This document shows positions 7,651 through 17,093 of a stretch of 58,817 nucleotides of DNA, in pieces. A model generated the notes under the pieces. That model did not search any database, had not been told where the DNA came from, and saw only the letters and a list, made by a program, of their open reading frames with translations. Position numbers and translations under genes: made by a program. Numbering within the stretch: position 1 is the first letter of the stretch; every line of letters begins with the position of its first letter. Origin of the DNA: an uncultured Candidatus Saccharibacteria bacterium (GTDB taxonomy: Bacteria; Patescibacteriota; Saccharimonadia; CAILAD01; BJGX01); assembly GCA_964481235.1 (NCBI GenBank), contig CAYZYH010000006.1, forward strand, positions 1 through 58,817, given 5' to 3'.

Positions 7651-8854
7651 ACCCATAGTCAGCTATCACATCTTCATACATCTGATTGTACTTCCTCCAG
7701 GTATCTTTGATATTGTGATTTTGTATTATCTCTAAGCTTCCTTTGCTATACTCTCTGAGCTTGATGGGGTCGTGTAATACTCCTCCAATAAGTCTGGCTA
7801 ATCCATTACTATCACCGTCTACAAAAGTGCCACCATTAATACCACTTTTGGCCAACTCGGGTAGGGCACCTTCTTTGCAGGCAAACACCGGCAAGCCAGC
7901 TGCCATAGCTTCTAATGTAACAATGCTTTGTAATTCTACCGGCGAGGCAATTGCAAATATATCGCTCAGCGCCATAAGTTGTTTCTTTGCATAAACATCT
8001 TGTACATAGCCTGTAAATACTACCCTCTCTTGAATACCCAGCTTTATACAAAGTTTTTCGAGTTTAAGTCTAGCGTTGCCGTCACCAATTAGTAATAATT
8101 TAACATCAAATTGCTTCTGTAAATGAGCTATTGCTGTAATAATTACATCTACTTTCTTTTCCACCCCCAATCGCCCAGCATAAAGCACTACATATTGCGC
8201 ACTTAGACCTTTATCTTTTTTTAATTTTTCGCGTTCTTTATTGGATATATCCAATGGTTTATTAGAATCAAGATCAATTCCGTTAGATATTACCCTGGTA
8301 GGTACTTTTAGACCGTGTTCTACTAAGTAGTCTATACCAGTCTGCGTGGGCGAAACCACCATGTCGGCCTTGTTATACACTCTAGCAATATAATGCCAAC
8401 CAATACCATCTATAGGCCTATTGATATTTCCTAACCTTCGCAAACCCACAGTAAAGCTCTCCGGCATAAGGTGTCCACCAACTACTACCGGTAATTTGTT
8501 ACTTTTTGCAAACTTAATAAGTGTGCGACTAGTCGGAAAAGGATTATTTACATGAACAATATCAGGCTTGTTTTCGGGCATTTCAAAATAACTTGCAACC
8601 TGTTGATAAGTCGCCCTACTAAAACGTAGGTCTTTTTGAATTGGTAGGCCAAAAGATTGAATCCGTAAGATATCGTAGCCTCCAGGGTCTTTCACTAATT
8701 TTGGGGTAGATTTAACTTTTTTTTCAGCAGGTGCTACCACCGTAACTCGCCAGCCTGTCTTGGAAAGATTGGTAGCCATATTTTCGGTCACTGTCTCGGT
8801 ACCACCAATACTAGGCTTAAATAGATCTGAGCCAATAACCAAGTGTTTCTTCAT
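7649..8854 (-). CDS. Glycosyltransferase family 4 (GT-B, GT4/RfaG-like)
   Basis: 401 aa. The C-terminal half has the typical GT4 EX7E-region pattern (FTGYV...ASPVELQSIVTLEAMAAGLPV). Confidence 0.75.
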   Translation of the reverse strand: MKKHLVIGSDLFKPSIGGTETVTENMATNLSKTGWRVTVVAPAEKKVKSTPKLVKDPGGYDILRIQSFGLPIQKDLRFSRATYQQVASYFEMPENKPDIVHVNNPFPTSRTLIKFAKSNKLPVVVGGHLMPESFTVGLRRLGNINRPIDGIGWHYIARVYNKADMVVSPTQTGIDYLVEHGLKVPTRVISNGIDLDSNKPLDISNKEREKLKKDKGLSAQYVVLYAGRLGVEKKVDVIITAIAHLQKQFDVKLLLIGDGNARLKLEKLCIKLGIQERVVFTGYVQDVYAKKQLMALSDIFAIASPVELQSIVTLEAMAAGLPVFACKEGALPELAKSGINGGTFVDGDSNGLARLIGGVLHDPIKLREYSKGSLEIIQNHNIKDTWRKYNQMYEDVIADYG

Positions 8855-8900
8855 AAGTATAATTATAAACCCTATTACAACTTTGGTATAATTATAAGCA

Positions 8901-10019
8901 ATGAAAAAAGTTCTTATCTTAACTACTAGCTATGGGCAGGGCCATATAGCTACTGCAAAAGCCATAGAAGAGGGTTTGCAACGACAATCTAAAACCCCCA
9001 TAGATATTGAGATAGTAGACTTTACTGAAACAATTAGTAGTTTGCTCAACAAAACCTCCAAAAAAATGTATGAGGATACATCTAAATATGCTCCTTTGTT
9101 ATACAAATTCTTTTTCGATTCCACCGACTTCCCCTTACCTTTTATAGCTCTAAATAGTATTAACTACTACCTAAGTCGAGAAAAAATACTCAATCTTTTT
9201 CACTCTAAAGACCCTGACTTAATAATTTGTAATTCACCACACTGGCAATACATTGCCTCGCTAGCTCGTGAAAAAGATTTTCAAAATGTTCCTTTGGTAT
9301 CAGTTATTACCGACTCTATTACTATCCATGCTTCTTGGACGATTGGCGATAGTGACTACTATATTGCTCCAAACCAAGAAACTTCTCACTCTCTACAGAT
9401 CTTAGGTGTGCAGAAAGATCGAGTCAAAGTGTTGGGCTACCCAATAAGCCTAAGTTTTACTGATAAATCTTTTCACAAATCCAATTTCTTACAAAGTGTT
9501 GGTCTAAGCTCTGGTAAAAAAATAATTCTTTCATTGGTAACAGGTATGCGCTATAGTTCTGCAAGCAAAACCCTAAAGCAACTTCAGCAAACATTGCCCG
9601 ATACTCAGATAGTAGCTATCACCGGCAGAGATGAGCCCTTATATAACAAGCTTAAAACCAACTTTGGGCCAACCATAAAGCTAATAGGTTGGACAGAAAA
9701 GATGCCACAATTTATTCTTGCTAGCGATCTTGTAATTACTAAGGCCGGCGGCTCAACTGTCATGGAGTGCTTAGGGGCAATTAAACCCGTTATTATATGT
9801 AAGATTATACCTGGCCAAGAAGAAGGTAATGCCGAGTATATTACTAAACACCACCTAGGAATTGTTGCGCTAGAACCCGAGATGATTGCTCATGCAGCAC
9901 ACAAAATACTAGACAATATGCCTAGTTACTGTAAAAGCCTTAATAAGGTCGCTATACCCCAGGCTAGCCTATCTATTGCAAGCTTTTTATTAGATTTGAT
10001 AGAGAACAATCAGTCTTGA
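8901..10019 (+). CDS. MGDG-synthase/UgtP-like diacylglycerol glycosyltransferase (GT28 family)
   Basis: 372 aa. N-terminus KVLILTTSYGQGHIATAKAIEE is typical of the MGDG synthase N-domain. The C-terminal GT28 motif is present (ITKAGGSTVMECL...PGQEEGNAEY). Confidence 0.7.
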   Translation: MKKVLILTTSYGQGHIATAKAIEEGLQRQSKTPIDIEIVDFTETISSLLNKTSKKMYEDTSKYAPLLYKFFFDSTDFPLPFIALNSINYYLSREKILNLFHSKDPDLIICNSPHWQYIASLAREKDFQNVPLVSVITDSITIHASWTIGDSDYYIAPNQETSHSLQILGVQKDRVKVLGYPISLSFTDKSFHKSNFLQSVGLSSGKKIILSLVTGMRYSSASKTLKQLQQTLPDTQIVAITGRDEPLYNKLKTNFGPTIKLIGWTEKMPQFILASDLVITKAGGSTVMECLGAIKPVIICKIIPGQEEGNAEYITKHHLGIVALEPEMIAHAAHKILDNMPSYCKSLNKVAIPQASLSIASFLLDLIENNQS

Positions 10020-11221
10020 GCGTATTGCAAAACACACTTGGCAATATTTTTGGCAGCGTCTACGTGTTGTTGACGAATCTTCTCGTATTTAGGACCACCA
10101 ATTTGTACCACTCCGTCAAGAATGTCTTGTACTGCTATGACCGCCAGAGCATTTGTGGACGCCCAAATACCGGCCTTGTTTTCTACCACATAAAGCAAGT
10201 TACCCTCTTCTTGTCCAGGTAAAAAATCAAAAAGAACCACTGGTAGACGGCTTACTATGCCTTCTACGATAGTTCCTGGGCCAGCCTTGGTGAGTAATAC
10301 ATCGGCGCCACGCATCATGGTTGGTATATCGTCTCTAAACTCATAGATATTGACTGGTTTTTGAAATTTTCTGGCTTTGAGAGTTCGGTACAAGCTTTTG
10401 TTGCGCCCAGCAATGATCGCCATATGAACATTTTGCTCCATTTTGTCGATTTTTCTTGATAACGAATTTATCTTGCCCATACCATCTCCACCAGCCATTA
10501 TTAGTAAGGTAGGTAGGTCGGCAGGCCACCCAAGCTTAGTCTTGGCAGTTTGTTTGGTTAGTTTTACTTTACTATAATCTCCCGACACTGGCTGTCCAAT
10601 TACTTTTAGGCGAGAGGATGGCACGCCAAAACCCCTAGCTCGTACATAGCTTTCCTGGCTAGGAACTATTATTAAGTCGGCTCGCTTATCAAACCACATA
10701 GGGTGTCCTGTAACCAAGTCAGTTACCACTGTAATAAATGGTATTTTACGCTCATAGGTCTTAAGTGTAGAAAGTATTGGGTTTACTCCAAAATGGCAAG
10801 ACACTATGAGGTCTGGGGCGAAATGGTCTAGTAATTGTCTAAACTCTTTTTTATATGGCATACCCATAGCCTCTAAGGCAAACTGAGCCCGTTTGGTACC
10901 TTCGGTAAGTTTAAAAATTGTCCCCCAGGCTGATTTTAGCTTGGTAACCCCAGAGTACATCTTGGGTATATCCCTAATTGGACGAGGTGCATTTTCCATA
11001 AAATCGTGATGTATTATCTCAAGCTTGTCAGTGTGTTTTTCTAGTTCACTAATAATCGCCAGTGCAGCTGCTCTATGTCCTCCACCGGTTCTCGCCGAAA
11101 TTACCAACACACGTTTTTTATTCTTTACCATATATGCATACATTATCACACTTTTTGCACCAATAGGACAATACTGATACCATAAGAGGTATATATGTCT
11201 GCCTCTACCTCTAACCCCCAC
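10010..11221 (-). CDS. Second MGDG-synthase/UgtP-like glycosyltransferase (GT28), paralog of the previous gene
   Basis: RVLVISARTGGGHRAAALAI near the N-terminus and LTKAGPGTIVEG...LPGQEEGNLLYV near the C-terminus. The true start is probably the internal Met (MVKNKKRVLVIS, near 11131), because the annotated 5' end overlaps the divergent neighbour. Confidence 0.7.
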   Translation of the reverse strand: MGVRGRGRHIYLLWYQYCPIGAKSVIMYAYMVKNKKRVLVISARTGGGHRAAALAIISELEKHTDKLEIIHHDFMENAPRPIRDIPKMYSGVTKLKSAWGTIFKLTEGTKRAQFALEAMGMPYKKEFRQLLDHFAPDLIVSCHFGVNPILSTLKTYERKIPFITVVTDLVTGHPMWFDKRADLIIVPSQESYVRARGFGVPSSRLKVIGQPVSGDYSKVKLTKQTAKTKLGWPADLPTLLIMAGGDGMGKINSLSRKIDKMEQNVHMAIIAGRNKSLYRTLKARKFQKPVNIYEFRDDIPTMMRGADVLLTKAGPGTIVEGIVSRLPVVLFDFLPGQEEGNLLYVVENKAGIWASTNALAVIAVQDILDGVVQIGGPKYEKIRQQHVDAAKNIAKCVLQYAQD

Positions 11222-12235
11222 AAAAAAACTAACTCCACACCAAGAGAGTCAAGTGTCAACAGTCATAATCCTATGCATTCCCGCATTACCCCCGCACATA
11301 GGGGTATTAAGCTTAATGTAAAAGGTATTGAAACCAATATGCGTCGTGACTACCTACACGACAGCTTGGTAATTATTGCGCCAAATCGTGGTAATCGCCC
11401 TTATGATACCAAGGACACCGGGCATGTACTTATAGAGACTGCCTCTAGCCCAAGACTGGATCGGAACTTAGAAGTTTGTCAGCTCAAAAATAAGCGTGGA
11501 GGATGGTACGTAAAGGTAGTTGAAAATAAATACCCAAGTCTCACTCCAAATAATCCTCAGGCTTATGGTAAACAAGAAATTGTCATAGATACACCGCTAG
11601 CTAATACCCCTTTTGCTCGGCTTAGTGAAGAACAAATAAAAACAATTTTTGGGGTTTATCAGTCCCGCACAGCCAATCTTCTAGATCAAAACGGCATTGA
11701 GTATGTTTTAATATTTAGAAATGATGGTTATTCCGCAGGAGCTAGCCTAGCCCATGCACACAGTCAAATATTTGCCTTACCTATAATACCTCAAAAGTTT
11801 CTTCGTGAGTCTGAGCTTGCAGAAGCATACCAAAAAGAAAATAACCGCAATGCCTATGAAGATATTATTGACTATGAAAAGAAATCAAAATCTAGAGTAA
11901 TTGCTGAAGATGAACATTGGCTGGTATTTTGTCCTTACGCTAGCCAGTGGCCATTTGAGTTTTGGATGCTTCCAAAGCGACATTTTAGTCTATCTACAGA
12001 AATGAACAAACCAGAGGTTAACTCACTTGCTCGTCATCTCAAAAAGTACTTAAAGAAACTCAACCTGCATAAAATAAATCATAATATGTACCTTGAAAAT
12101 GGCGTGAGCAAAAATCACCGCTTCTGCCTTAAGGTCTGTGGTCGGTCAAACACCTGGGGTGGTTTTGAACTTGCAACAAGTATTGTAATAAATACTGTAC
12201 CGCCCGAATCAGCCGCGCAGTGGTACAGAGAATAG
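11195..12235 (+). CDS. Galactose-1-phosphate uridylyltransferase (GalT)-family HIT-like nucleotidyltransferase
   Basis: Carries the H-x-H-x-Q active-site motif (HAHSQIF), and its two-half organisation is reminiscent of GalT/ADP-glucose phosphorylase. The start may be a downstream Met. Confidence 0.6.
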   Translation: MSASTSNPHKKTNSTPRESSVNSHNPMHSRITPAHRGIKLNVKGIETNMRRDYLHDSLVIIAPNRGNRPYDTKDTGHVLIETASSPRLDRNLEVCQLKNKRGGWYVKVVENKYPSLTPNNPQAYGKQEIVIDTPLANTPFARLSEEQIKTIFGVYQSRTANLLDQNGIEYVLIFRNDGYSAGASLAHAHSQIFALPIIPQKFLRESELAEAYQKENNRNAYEDIIDYEKKSKSRVIAEDEHWLVFCPYASQWPFEFWMLPKRHFSLSTEMNKPEVNSLARHLKKYLKKLNLHKINHNMYLENGVSKNHRFCLKVCGRSNTWGGFELATSIVINTVPPESAAQWYRE

Positions 12236-12321
12236 TTCTATTTTTTAATAATCTTGCACCCTATTTGCTTTTCGTATTATATTCGTATATTATGAGTAAA
12301 AAGTACTAAACAGGGGGTAAA

Positions 12322-13839
12322 ATGTTAGCAAATATTCAAGCAATAAGTCATGTAGGTCTAGATAGTCAACTAATTGAGGTAGAGGCCGATATGCATAACG
12401 GTCTGCCAGCGTTTATCATTGTTGGTCTCGCAAATAAGGCAGTAGATGAAGCCAAAGAGCGAGTACGGGCGGCTCTAAAAAACTCAAGACTCCACCTTCC
12501 GCCCAGGCGCATCACACTAAATCTAGCACCCGCTGACCTACCAAAAAACGGTTCTGGGTTTGATCTTGCAATGGCTGTTGGCCTACTTGTGGCAAGTGGT
12601 CAGGTTAAACCAATTCCCTCAGATTGCTTGTTTTATGGCGAGCTAGGCCTCGACGGCACCACCCGTAACGTTTCTGGTGCATTGGCTACAGCTCAAGCAG
12701 CCACAAGGTTTGGTATTAAGAAGCTATTTATATCTGATAGTGTCGCTGCTCAAGCAGCAATGATTGATTCACTAGTCGTTTATCCAGTAAAAGATCTATT
12801 CGAACTCTACCAGCATCTTTTGGGTGAAAAGCTTATTACACCATACAAGCGTCCTAGTTTTACGGGCAGTACAAAGCTTTCAGATGTTGATTTTGCAGAG
12901 ATTTACGGTCAAGAACAAGCTAAGCGCGCAATTGAAATTGCTGCAGCAGGTAACCACAATATAATCATGTCTGGGCCACCAGGGTCAGGTAAAACCCTTC
13001 TAGCCAAAGCTTTAGCCGGGCTATTGCCGGCTCCAAGTTATAGCGAGATACTTGAAATCACTCGAATACATAGCCTGTCTGGTTCGGCTCAAGCAGAGGT
13101 CGTTACAACTCGACCCTTTCGAAATCCTCACCACACTGCAAGCAGTATTGCCTTGATAGGTGGTGGACAGTGGCCTAGACCAGGAGAAATTAGTCTTGCG
13201 CACCGCGGTGTACTTTTCTTAGACGAGTTACCTGAGTTTCCTAGGAGCGTTTTAGAGGTTTTAAGACAACCGCTTGAGGATGGTACTGTTACTATAAGTA
13301 GAGCATCTGCATCCTACCAATTTCCAGCCCAATTTCTACTTGTTGCCGCACAAAACCCATGCCCTTGTGGTTATGCAGGTGACAATACTCAAGTATGCAG
13401 CTGTTCACCCGCCCAACTTAACCGCTACCAAACCAGAGTGTCTGGGCCTTTACTTGATAGAATTGACCTCCAGGTACACGTAGACAGGATTGATAGCAGT
13501 AAGTTGCTAAAAGGTAAGTCGTCGGAGTCTTCAGACGAAGTTGCTAAGAGAGTTTATGGAGCCAGGTTGGTTCAAACAAAACGCTTTAAGAATATAGGCT
13601 TGAGAGCGAATAATGAAATGGGCAACTCTCAAATTCGTGAATTTTGCAATCTTAAACCAGAGGTAGAAAATCTCGCCAAAATAGCTCTTAATAAAATGAA
13701 CCTAAGTGCACGTAGTTATATGCGGGTATTAAAAGTAGCTAGAACAATAGCCGATTTAGACAGGAGTAGTGAGATAAATACTAGCCACTTTACCGAGGCG
13801 TTACAATATAGAATATCTAGATCTGCAGTATCAATTTAG
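12322..13839 (+). CDS. comM: YifB/ComM family Mg-chelatase-like AAA+ ATPase
   Basis: 505 aa with an N-terminal Lon-like domain, Walker A (MSGPPGSGKT) and Walker B (VLFLDELPEF), plus the characteristic C-terminal region. Confidence 0.85.
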   Translation: MLANIQAISHVGLDSQLIEVEADMHNGLPAFIIVGLANKAVDEAKERVRAALKNSRLHLPPRRITLNLAPADLPKNGSGFDLAMAVGLLVASGQVKPIPSDCLFYGELGLDGTTRNVSGALATAQAATRFGIKKLFISDSVAAQAAMIDSLVVYPVKDLFELYQHLLGEKLITPYKRPSFTGSTKLSDVDFAEIYGQEQAKRAIEIAAAGNHNIIMSGPPGSGKTLLAKALAGLLPAPSYSEILEITRIHSLSGSAQAEVVTTRPFRNPHHTASSIALIGGGQWPRPGEISLAHRGVLFLDELPEFPRSVLEVLRQPLEDGTVTISRASASYQFPAQFLLVAAQNPCPCGYAGDNTQVCSCSPAQLNRYQTRVSGPLLDRIDLQVHVDRIDSSKLLKGKSSESSDEVAKRVYGARLVQTKRFKNIGLRANNEMGNSQIREFCNLKPEVENLAKIALNKMNLSARSYMRVLKVARTIADLDRSSEINTSHFTEALQYRISRSAVSI

Positions 13840-13847
13840 CCTGAGTA

Positions 13848-14171
13848 TTAAAACTTAATTATTGAGTAAACTTGTGCACCAAAACTAGTTTTATCTAGTA
13901 GAAAATACAATATACCAAATACTACCAGTATAGCTGCTATAAGTGTAAGTGAGCGTCTAACATCGTGCCTAAAATACTTTATAGACTCTTCTTCTTGCCA
14001 ATTGGGGGTGGTGTTAAGTTTGGAACTATTAGAGTTAAAAGATTTAGTTCTTTTACTTTGTTTAGAGTCTTTACTCACCTCACTCTTGGTAGACTGAATA
14101 TTGCTTGAGATATTTTTCTTCTGGACGTTCTTCTGCTTACGAGTTTTTCGATGTTTTTTCTTTTTAGACAT
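13848..14171 (-). CDS. Small Lys-rich protein with a C-terminal transmembrane anchor, unknown function
   Basis: 107 aa. The N-terminus is very basic and low-complexity (MSKKKKHRKTRKQKN...). A C-terminal hydrophobic helix is present (LIAAILVVFGILYFLL). Confidence 0.4.
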   Translation of the reverse strand: MSKKKKHRKTRKQKNVQKKNISSNIQSTKSEVSKDSKQSKRTKSFNSNSSKLNTTPNWQEEESIKYFRHDVRRSLTLIAAILVVFGILYFLLDKTSFGAQVYSIIKF

Positions 14172-14263
14172 TGTATTATCCCCTTCTAAAGAACTATTTT
14201 AACAGCTTTTTTATTGAATTTGCCAATTAACTCTTATCAAAGCTATAATAGTAACCAACTACC

Positions 14264-14737
14264 ATGGTTGTGTTGATTATTTTATTTTGTCTATCAATTA
14301 TTGCTCTTGCCTACTCGCAATGGCGTTTTTTACAACTCCAAAAAAAATATGGCCAATTCTTGCATGGTGCCGATGCAAAAAAAATTGAAGATATGATTAA
14401 AAAATATTCCAAAGATGTGGATGATTCTCTGCAAAAACTCGATGAAATGGCACAATTTAGTGCAAACATGCACAAGCAAATACAATTCGCTGTTTCCAAA
14501 CAAGCTCTAATTCGTTTTAACCCCTTTGGTGATACAGGCGGAGATCAAAGTTTTGTGTTAGCCCTTCTAGACAATCACAATAATGGCGTGATTATCTCTA
14601 GTGTGCACGCACGTACCGGAACACGAGTGTATGCGAAAGAAATATCTAAAGGTCTAAGTAAGTATAATCTGTCAGATGAAGAAACTATTGCCCTTCAAAA
14701 AGCTCTAAATAGTAAGAAAAAGCAAGAGAGCGAATAA
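14264..14737 (+). CDS. DUF4446-like membrane-anchored protein
   Basis: An N-terminal TM helix, a coiled region and a conserved C-terminal block (FNPFGDTGGDQSFVLALLDNHNNGVIISS) as in DUF4446 proteins. It lies directly upstream of a bactofilin gene. Confidence 0.5.
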   Translation: MVVLIILFCLSIIALAYSQWRFLQLQKKYGQFLHGADAKKIEDMIKKYSKDVDDSLQKLDEMAQFSANMHKQIQFAVSKQALIRFNPFGDTGGDQSFVLALLDNHNNGVIISSVHARTGTRVYAKEISKGLSKYNLSDEETIALQKALNSKKKQESE

Positions 14738-14739
14738 AT

Positions 14740-15105
14740 ATGTTCTCAATATTTAGAAAAAAATCTCAAGAACTACCATTTAATAGCTTTGCCGAATATT
14801 ACATTGGCTCAGACGTTAAAGTAAATGGCGAGTTTAAAACTGATCAAGATATATATATTGATGGAGAGTTTGGAGGTAAAATTACCACAACTGGTTTAGT
14901 TGAGCTAGCTAAGAACTCTTCCGTAAGGGCAAATATTCTTGCCAGAACAGCTATATTCGAAGGTGAATATAGCGGTAAATGCGTCATTAGCGATGAACTA
15001 CATGTTACGAGCTGCGCAACTCTAGTTGGTAATATCAAAACACAAAATCTTATGGTAGATAAAGGCGCTATTATAAAAGCCGATATTCAGATGGAAAGGG
15101 GTTAA
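14740..15105 (+). CDS. Bactofilin (CcmA-like polymer-forming cytoskeletal protein)
   Basis: 121 aa with beta-helical repeat-type sequence (DVKVNGEFKTDQDIYIDGEFGGKI...VGNIKTQNLMVDKGAIIKADIQ), typical of the bactofilin DUF583 domain. Confidence 0.7.
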   Translation: MFSIFRKKSQELPFNSFAEYYIGSDVKVNGEFKTDQDIYIDGEFGGKITTTGLVELAKNSSVRANILARTAIFEGEYSGKCVISDELHVTSCATLVGNIKTQNLMVDKGAIIKADIQMERG

Positions 15106-15918
15106 ATGTACGCTCTATTTTTCGACAAAAGCGCATTAGATTCTCAATCACTACTTAGCTTTGTTAGTGAATGGAAAGTATCAAAAAATATTGCTGGAGA
15201 AGATTTTAAAGTACATAACGTTGAAGAAATTACTACAATATGTCGTGAATATGGAAAAAAATACAGCACTGTAATTGCCGTTGGTGCAGATAGGACCTTT
15301 GATTCATTAGTTGGACAGTCAAAACATCTCAACCCAGACGTTGTGTTTGGCTATATACCGAGTAATGTTAATGTATTAGCAAAAAGAATTGGAATAAAAG
15401 ATTACAAAGAAGCTTGTAATGTAATATCCCAAAGAAAGATTATTGAACTTACAGCTTTATCTTGTAGCCAGAACTACTTTCTATTCACTCTCGTAATTAA
15501 TGTAGAACAAAATGAACCCAAAAATCAAAAAAAGGTGTTCATAGAAATAGATAATACTTTAGAGATTAGTCTCAATACTGACAGTATTCTTTTGCATAAC
15601 CGAAACCAAGAGTTACTACCCCACGATACAGCCATACTCTTAGAGGCCTTTAACAAACCAGTAGTGCCAAATCAAGACCGAAACTTACTCAAAATTGCTT
15701 CATCTCGCTTAAAGAGCGGTGGGGCTACGGTTAAACAGCTACAGTTAAGGGTGCCTGGTGATAAGATAAGAATTGAATCGTCTACTCCACTGTCAGACAC
15801 TTATTCTAGCTCTATAAAGCAGTCACTTAGAATAGGGTTTAGTAAAAAACCTACTCGTTTAATAGTGAAAAAGGGTCAGGAATTGCAAGCTATCATGTCT
15901 CCAGGGTTGATTTCTTAA
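15106..15918 (+). CDS. DAGK/YegS-like lipid-kinase-fold protein with a degenerate GGDGT motif
   Basis: 270 aa. AVGADRTFDSLVGQ sits where GGDGTxxxVxNG would be. Overall length and layout resemble the DAGK_cat family. Low confidence. Confidence 0.35.
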   Translation: MYALFFDKSALDSQSLLSFVSEWKVSKNIAGEDFKVHNVEEITTICREYGKKYSTVIAVGADRTFDSLVGQSKHLNPDVVFGYIPSNVNVLAKRIGIKDYKEACNVISQRKIIELTALSCSQNYFLFTLVINVEQNEPKNQKKVFIEIDNTLEISLNTDSILLHNRNQELLPHDTAILLEAFNKPVVPNQDRNLLKIASSRLKSGGATVKQLQLRVPGDKIRIESSTPLSDTYSSSIKQSLRIGFSKKPTRLIVKKGQELQAIMSPGLIS

Positions 15919-15958
15919 ATTTATCATGCTATTATTGTCTGGAGCTTAAGGAGATAAT

Positions 15959-16519
15959 ATAAAAAAACAGCGTCTACGTCTAAATCATGAAATAAAAGCC
16001 TCTTCAGTAAGATTATTGGGAGAAGATGGTGAACAGCTTGGTGTGGTCACACTAAATGAGGCCCTCAAAATGGCTGAATCGCAAGGTTACGACCTAGCTG
16101 AAGTATCTCCAGCCGCAAACCCACCTGTTTGTAAATTGTTAGATTGGGGTAAATACCAGTACGAACAAGAGAAGCAGCGCCAAAAAAGTCGTAAGAATCA
16201 AAAAAGCGTTGAGGTCAAACAGATAAGAATGGGTTTAAAGATTGGCACACACGATATAGAAGTAAAACAAAGAGCAGCGCGAAAATTTTTAGATTCTGGT
16301 AACAAGGTTAAGATAACGGCTCGTTTCAAGGGACGTGAGATGGCCCACCAGGAGCTTGGAAAAGTAGTACTAGATAAGTTCTTCGAAGGACTATCAGATG
16401 TGGCCGTTCAAGAAGGTGAACCTATAATGACTGGCCGTGACATGTCTATCATTGTACACCTAAAAAAAGAGCTAGGCTCCAATTCATTAACACCAAGTGA
16501 TAATTCTAGTAAGATATAA
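15959..16519 (+). CDS. infC: Translation initiation factor IF-3, probably starting at a non-AUG (AUA) codon
   Basis: RLNHEIKASSVRLLGEDGEQLGVV matches the IF3 N-domain, and the C-domain is present. An in-frame TAA at 15947 and an AAGGAGA SD at 15946-15952 leave only near-cognate starts: ATA at 15959 (6-nt spacing), ATA at 15992 or TTG at 16016. The unusual infC start is a known autoregulatory feature. Confidence 0.8.
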   Translation: MKKQRLRLNHEIKASSVRLLGEDGEQLGVVTLNEALKMAESQGYDLAEVSPAANPPVCKLLDWGKYQYEQEKQRQKSRKNQKSVEVKQIRMGLKIGTHDIEVKQRAARKFLDSGNKVKITARFKGREMAHQELGKVVLDKFFEGLSDVAVQEGEPIMTGRDMSIIVHLKKELGSNSLTPSDNSSKI

Positions 16520-16544
16520 TATTGTAATAAGGTAAGATATTGAA

Positions 16545-16742
16545 ATGCCCAAGCAAAAAACTAATAAAACCATGTCTAAACGTATAAAAGTTACCGGTAC
16601 CGGTAAGATTTTGCGTAGAAAGGCTACTAGAGCACACAAACTCACACTTAAATCTGGCTCTCGAAAACGCGCCTACACCTTAGAACACGGCATGGCTAAA
16701 GGCGATAGTAAGAATGCTAAAAAAATGGTAGGAGTCAAATAA
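16545..16742 (+). CDS. rpmI: 50S ribosomal protein L35
   Basis: MPKQKTNKTMSKRIKVTGTGKILRRKA... is the classic bL35 sequence, in the infC-rpmI-rplT order. Confidence 0.9.
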   Translation: MPKQKTNKTMSKRIKVTGTGKILRRKATRAHKLTLKSGSRKRAYTLEHGMAKGDSKNAKKMVGVK

Positions 16743-17083
16743 TGAGAGTAAAACGCGGTGTAACCGCCCACAAACGCCACAAGAAAATTATAAAACTTAC
16801 CAAGGGCTATGGTAAAACTCGCCGTGCTAGCTATAGAAAAGCTCACGAAGCTGTACTCAAAGCATTGAGTTATCAGTACAGAGACAGACGCAATATCAAG
16901 CGAGACATGAGATCACTTTGGATCACCAGAATAAGTGCAGCTGCAAAACTCAACGGCACAAGCTACTCTAGCTTAACTCACGGTCTTAAGACCGTCGAGA
17001 TAAAGATAGACCGTAAGATTCTTGCTGAACTTGCAGTCAATCAACCAAAGGCCTTTGAAGCAATAGTTAAAGCTGCTAAGTAG
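16742..17083 (+). CDS. rplT: 50S ribosomal protein L20
   Basis: MRVKRGVTAHKRHKKIIKLTKGY...RDRRNIKRDMRSLWITRISAAA is bL20. Its start overlaps the rpmI stop (TAATG). Confidence 0.9.
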   Translation: MRVKRGVTAHKRHKKIIKLTKGYGKTRRASYRKAHEAVLKALSYQYRDRRNIKRDMRSLWITRISAAAKLNGTSYSSLTHGLKTVEIKIDRKILAELAVNQPKAFEAIVKAAK

Positions 17084-17093
17084 CTTAAGTTAC

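Noticed and set aside
8930-9124. 64-aa minus-strand ORF at the 5' end of the first MGDG-synthase-like gene, and similar small antisense ORFs (10016..10222, 21067..21457, 36431..36763, 38038..38427)
   Set aside because: All are embedded antisense to confidently assigned genes, have no ribosome-binding sites and have implausible composition. They are treated as non-coding.
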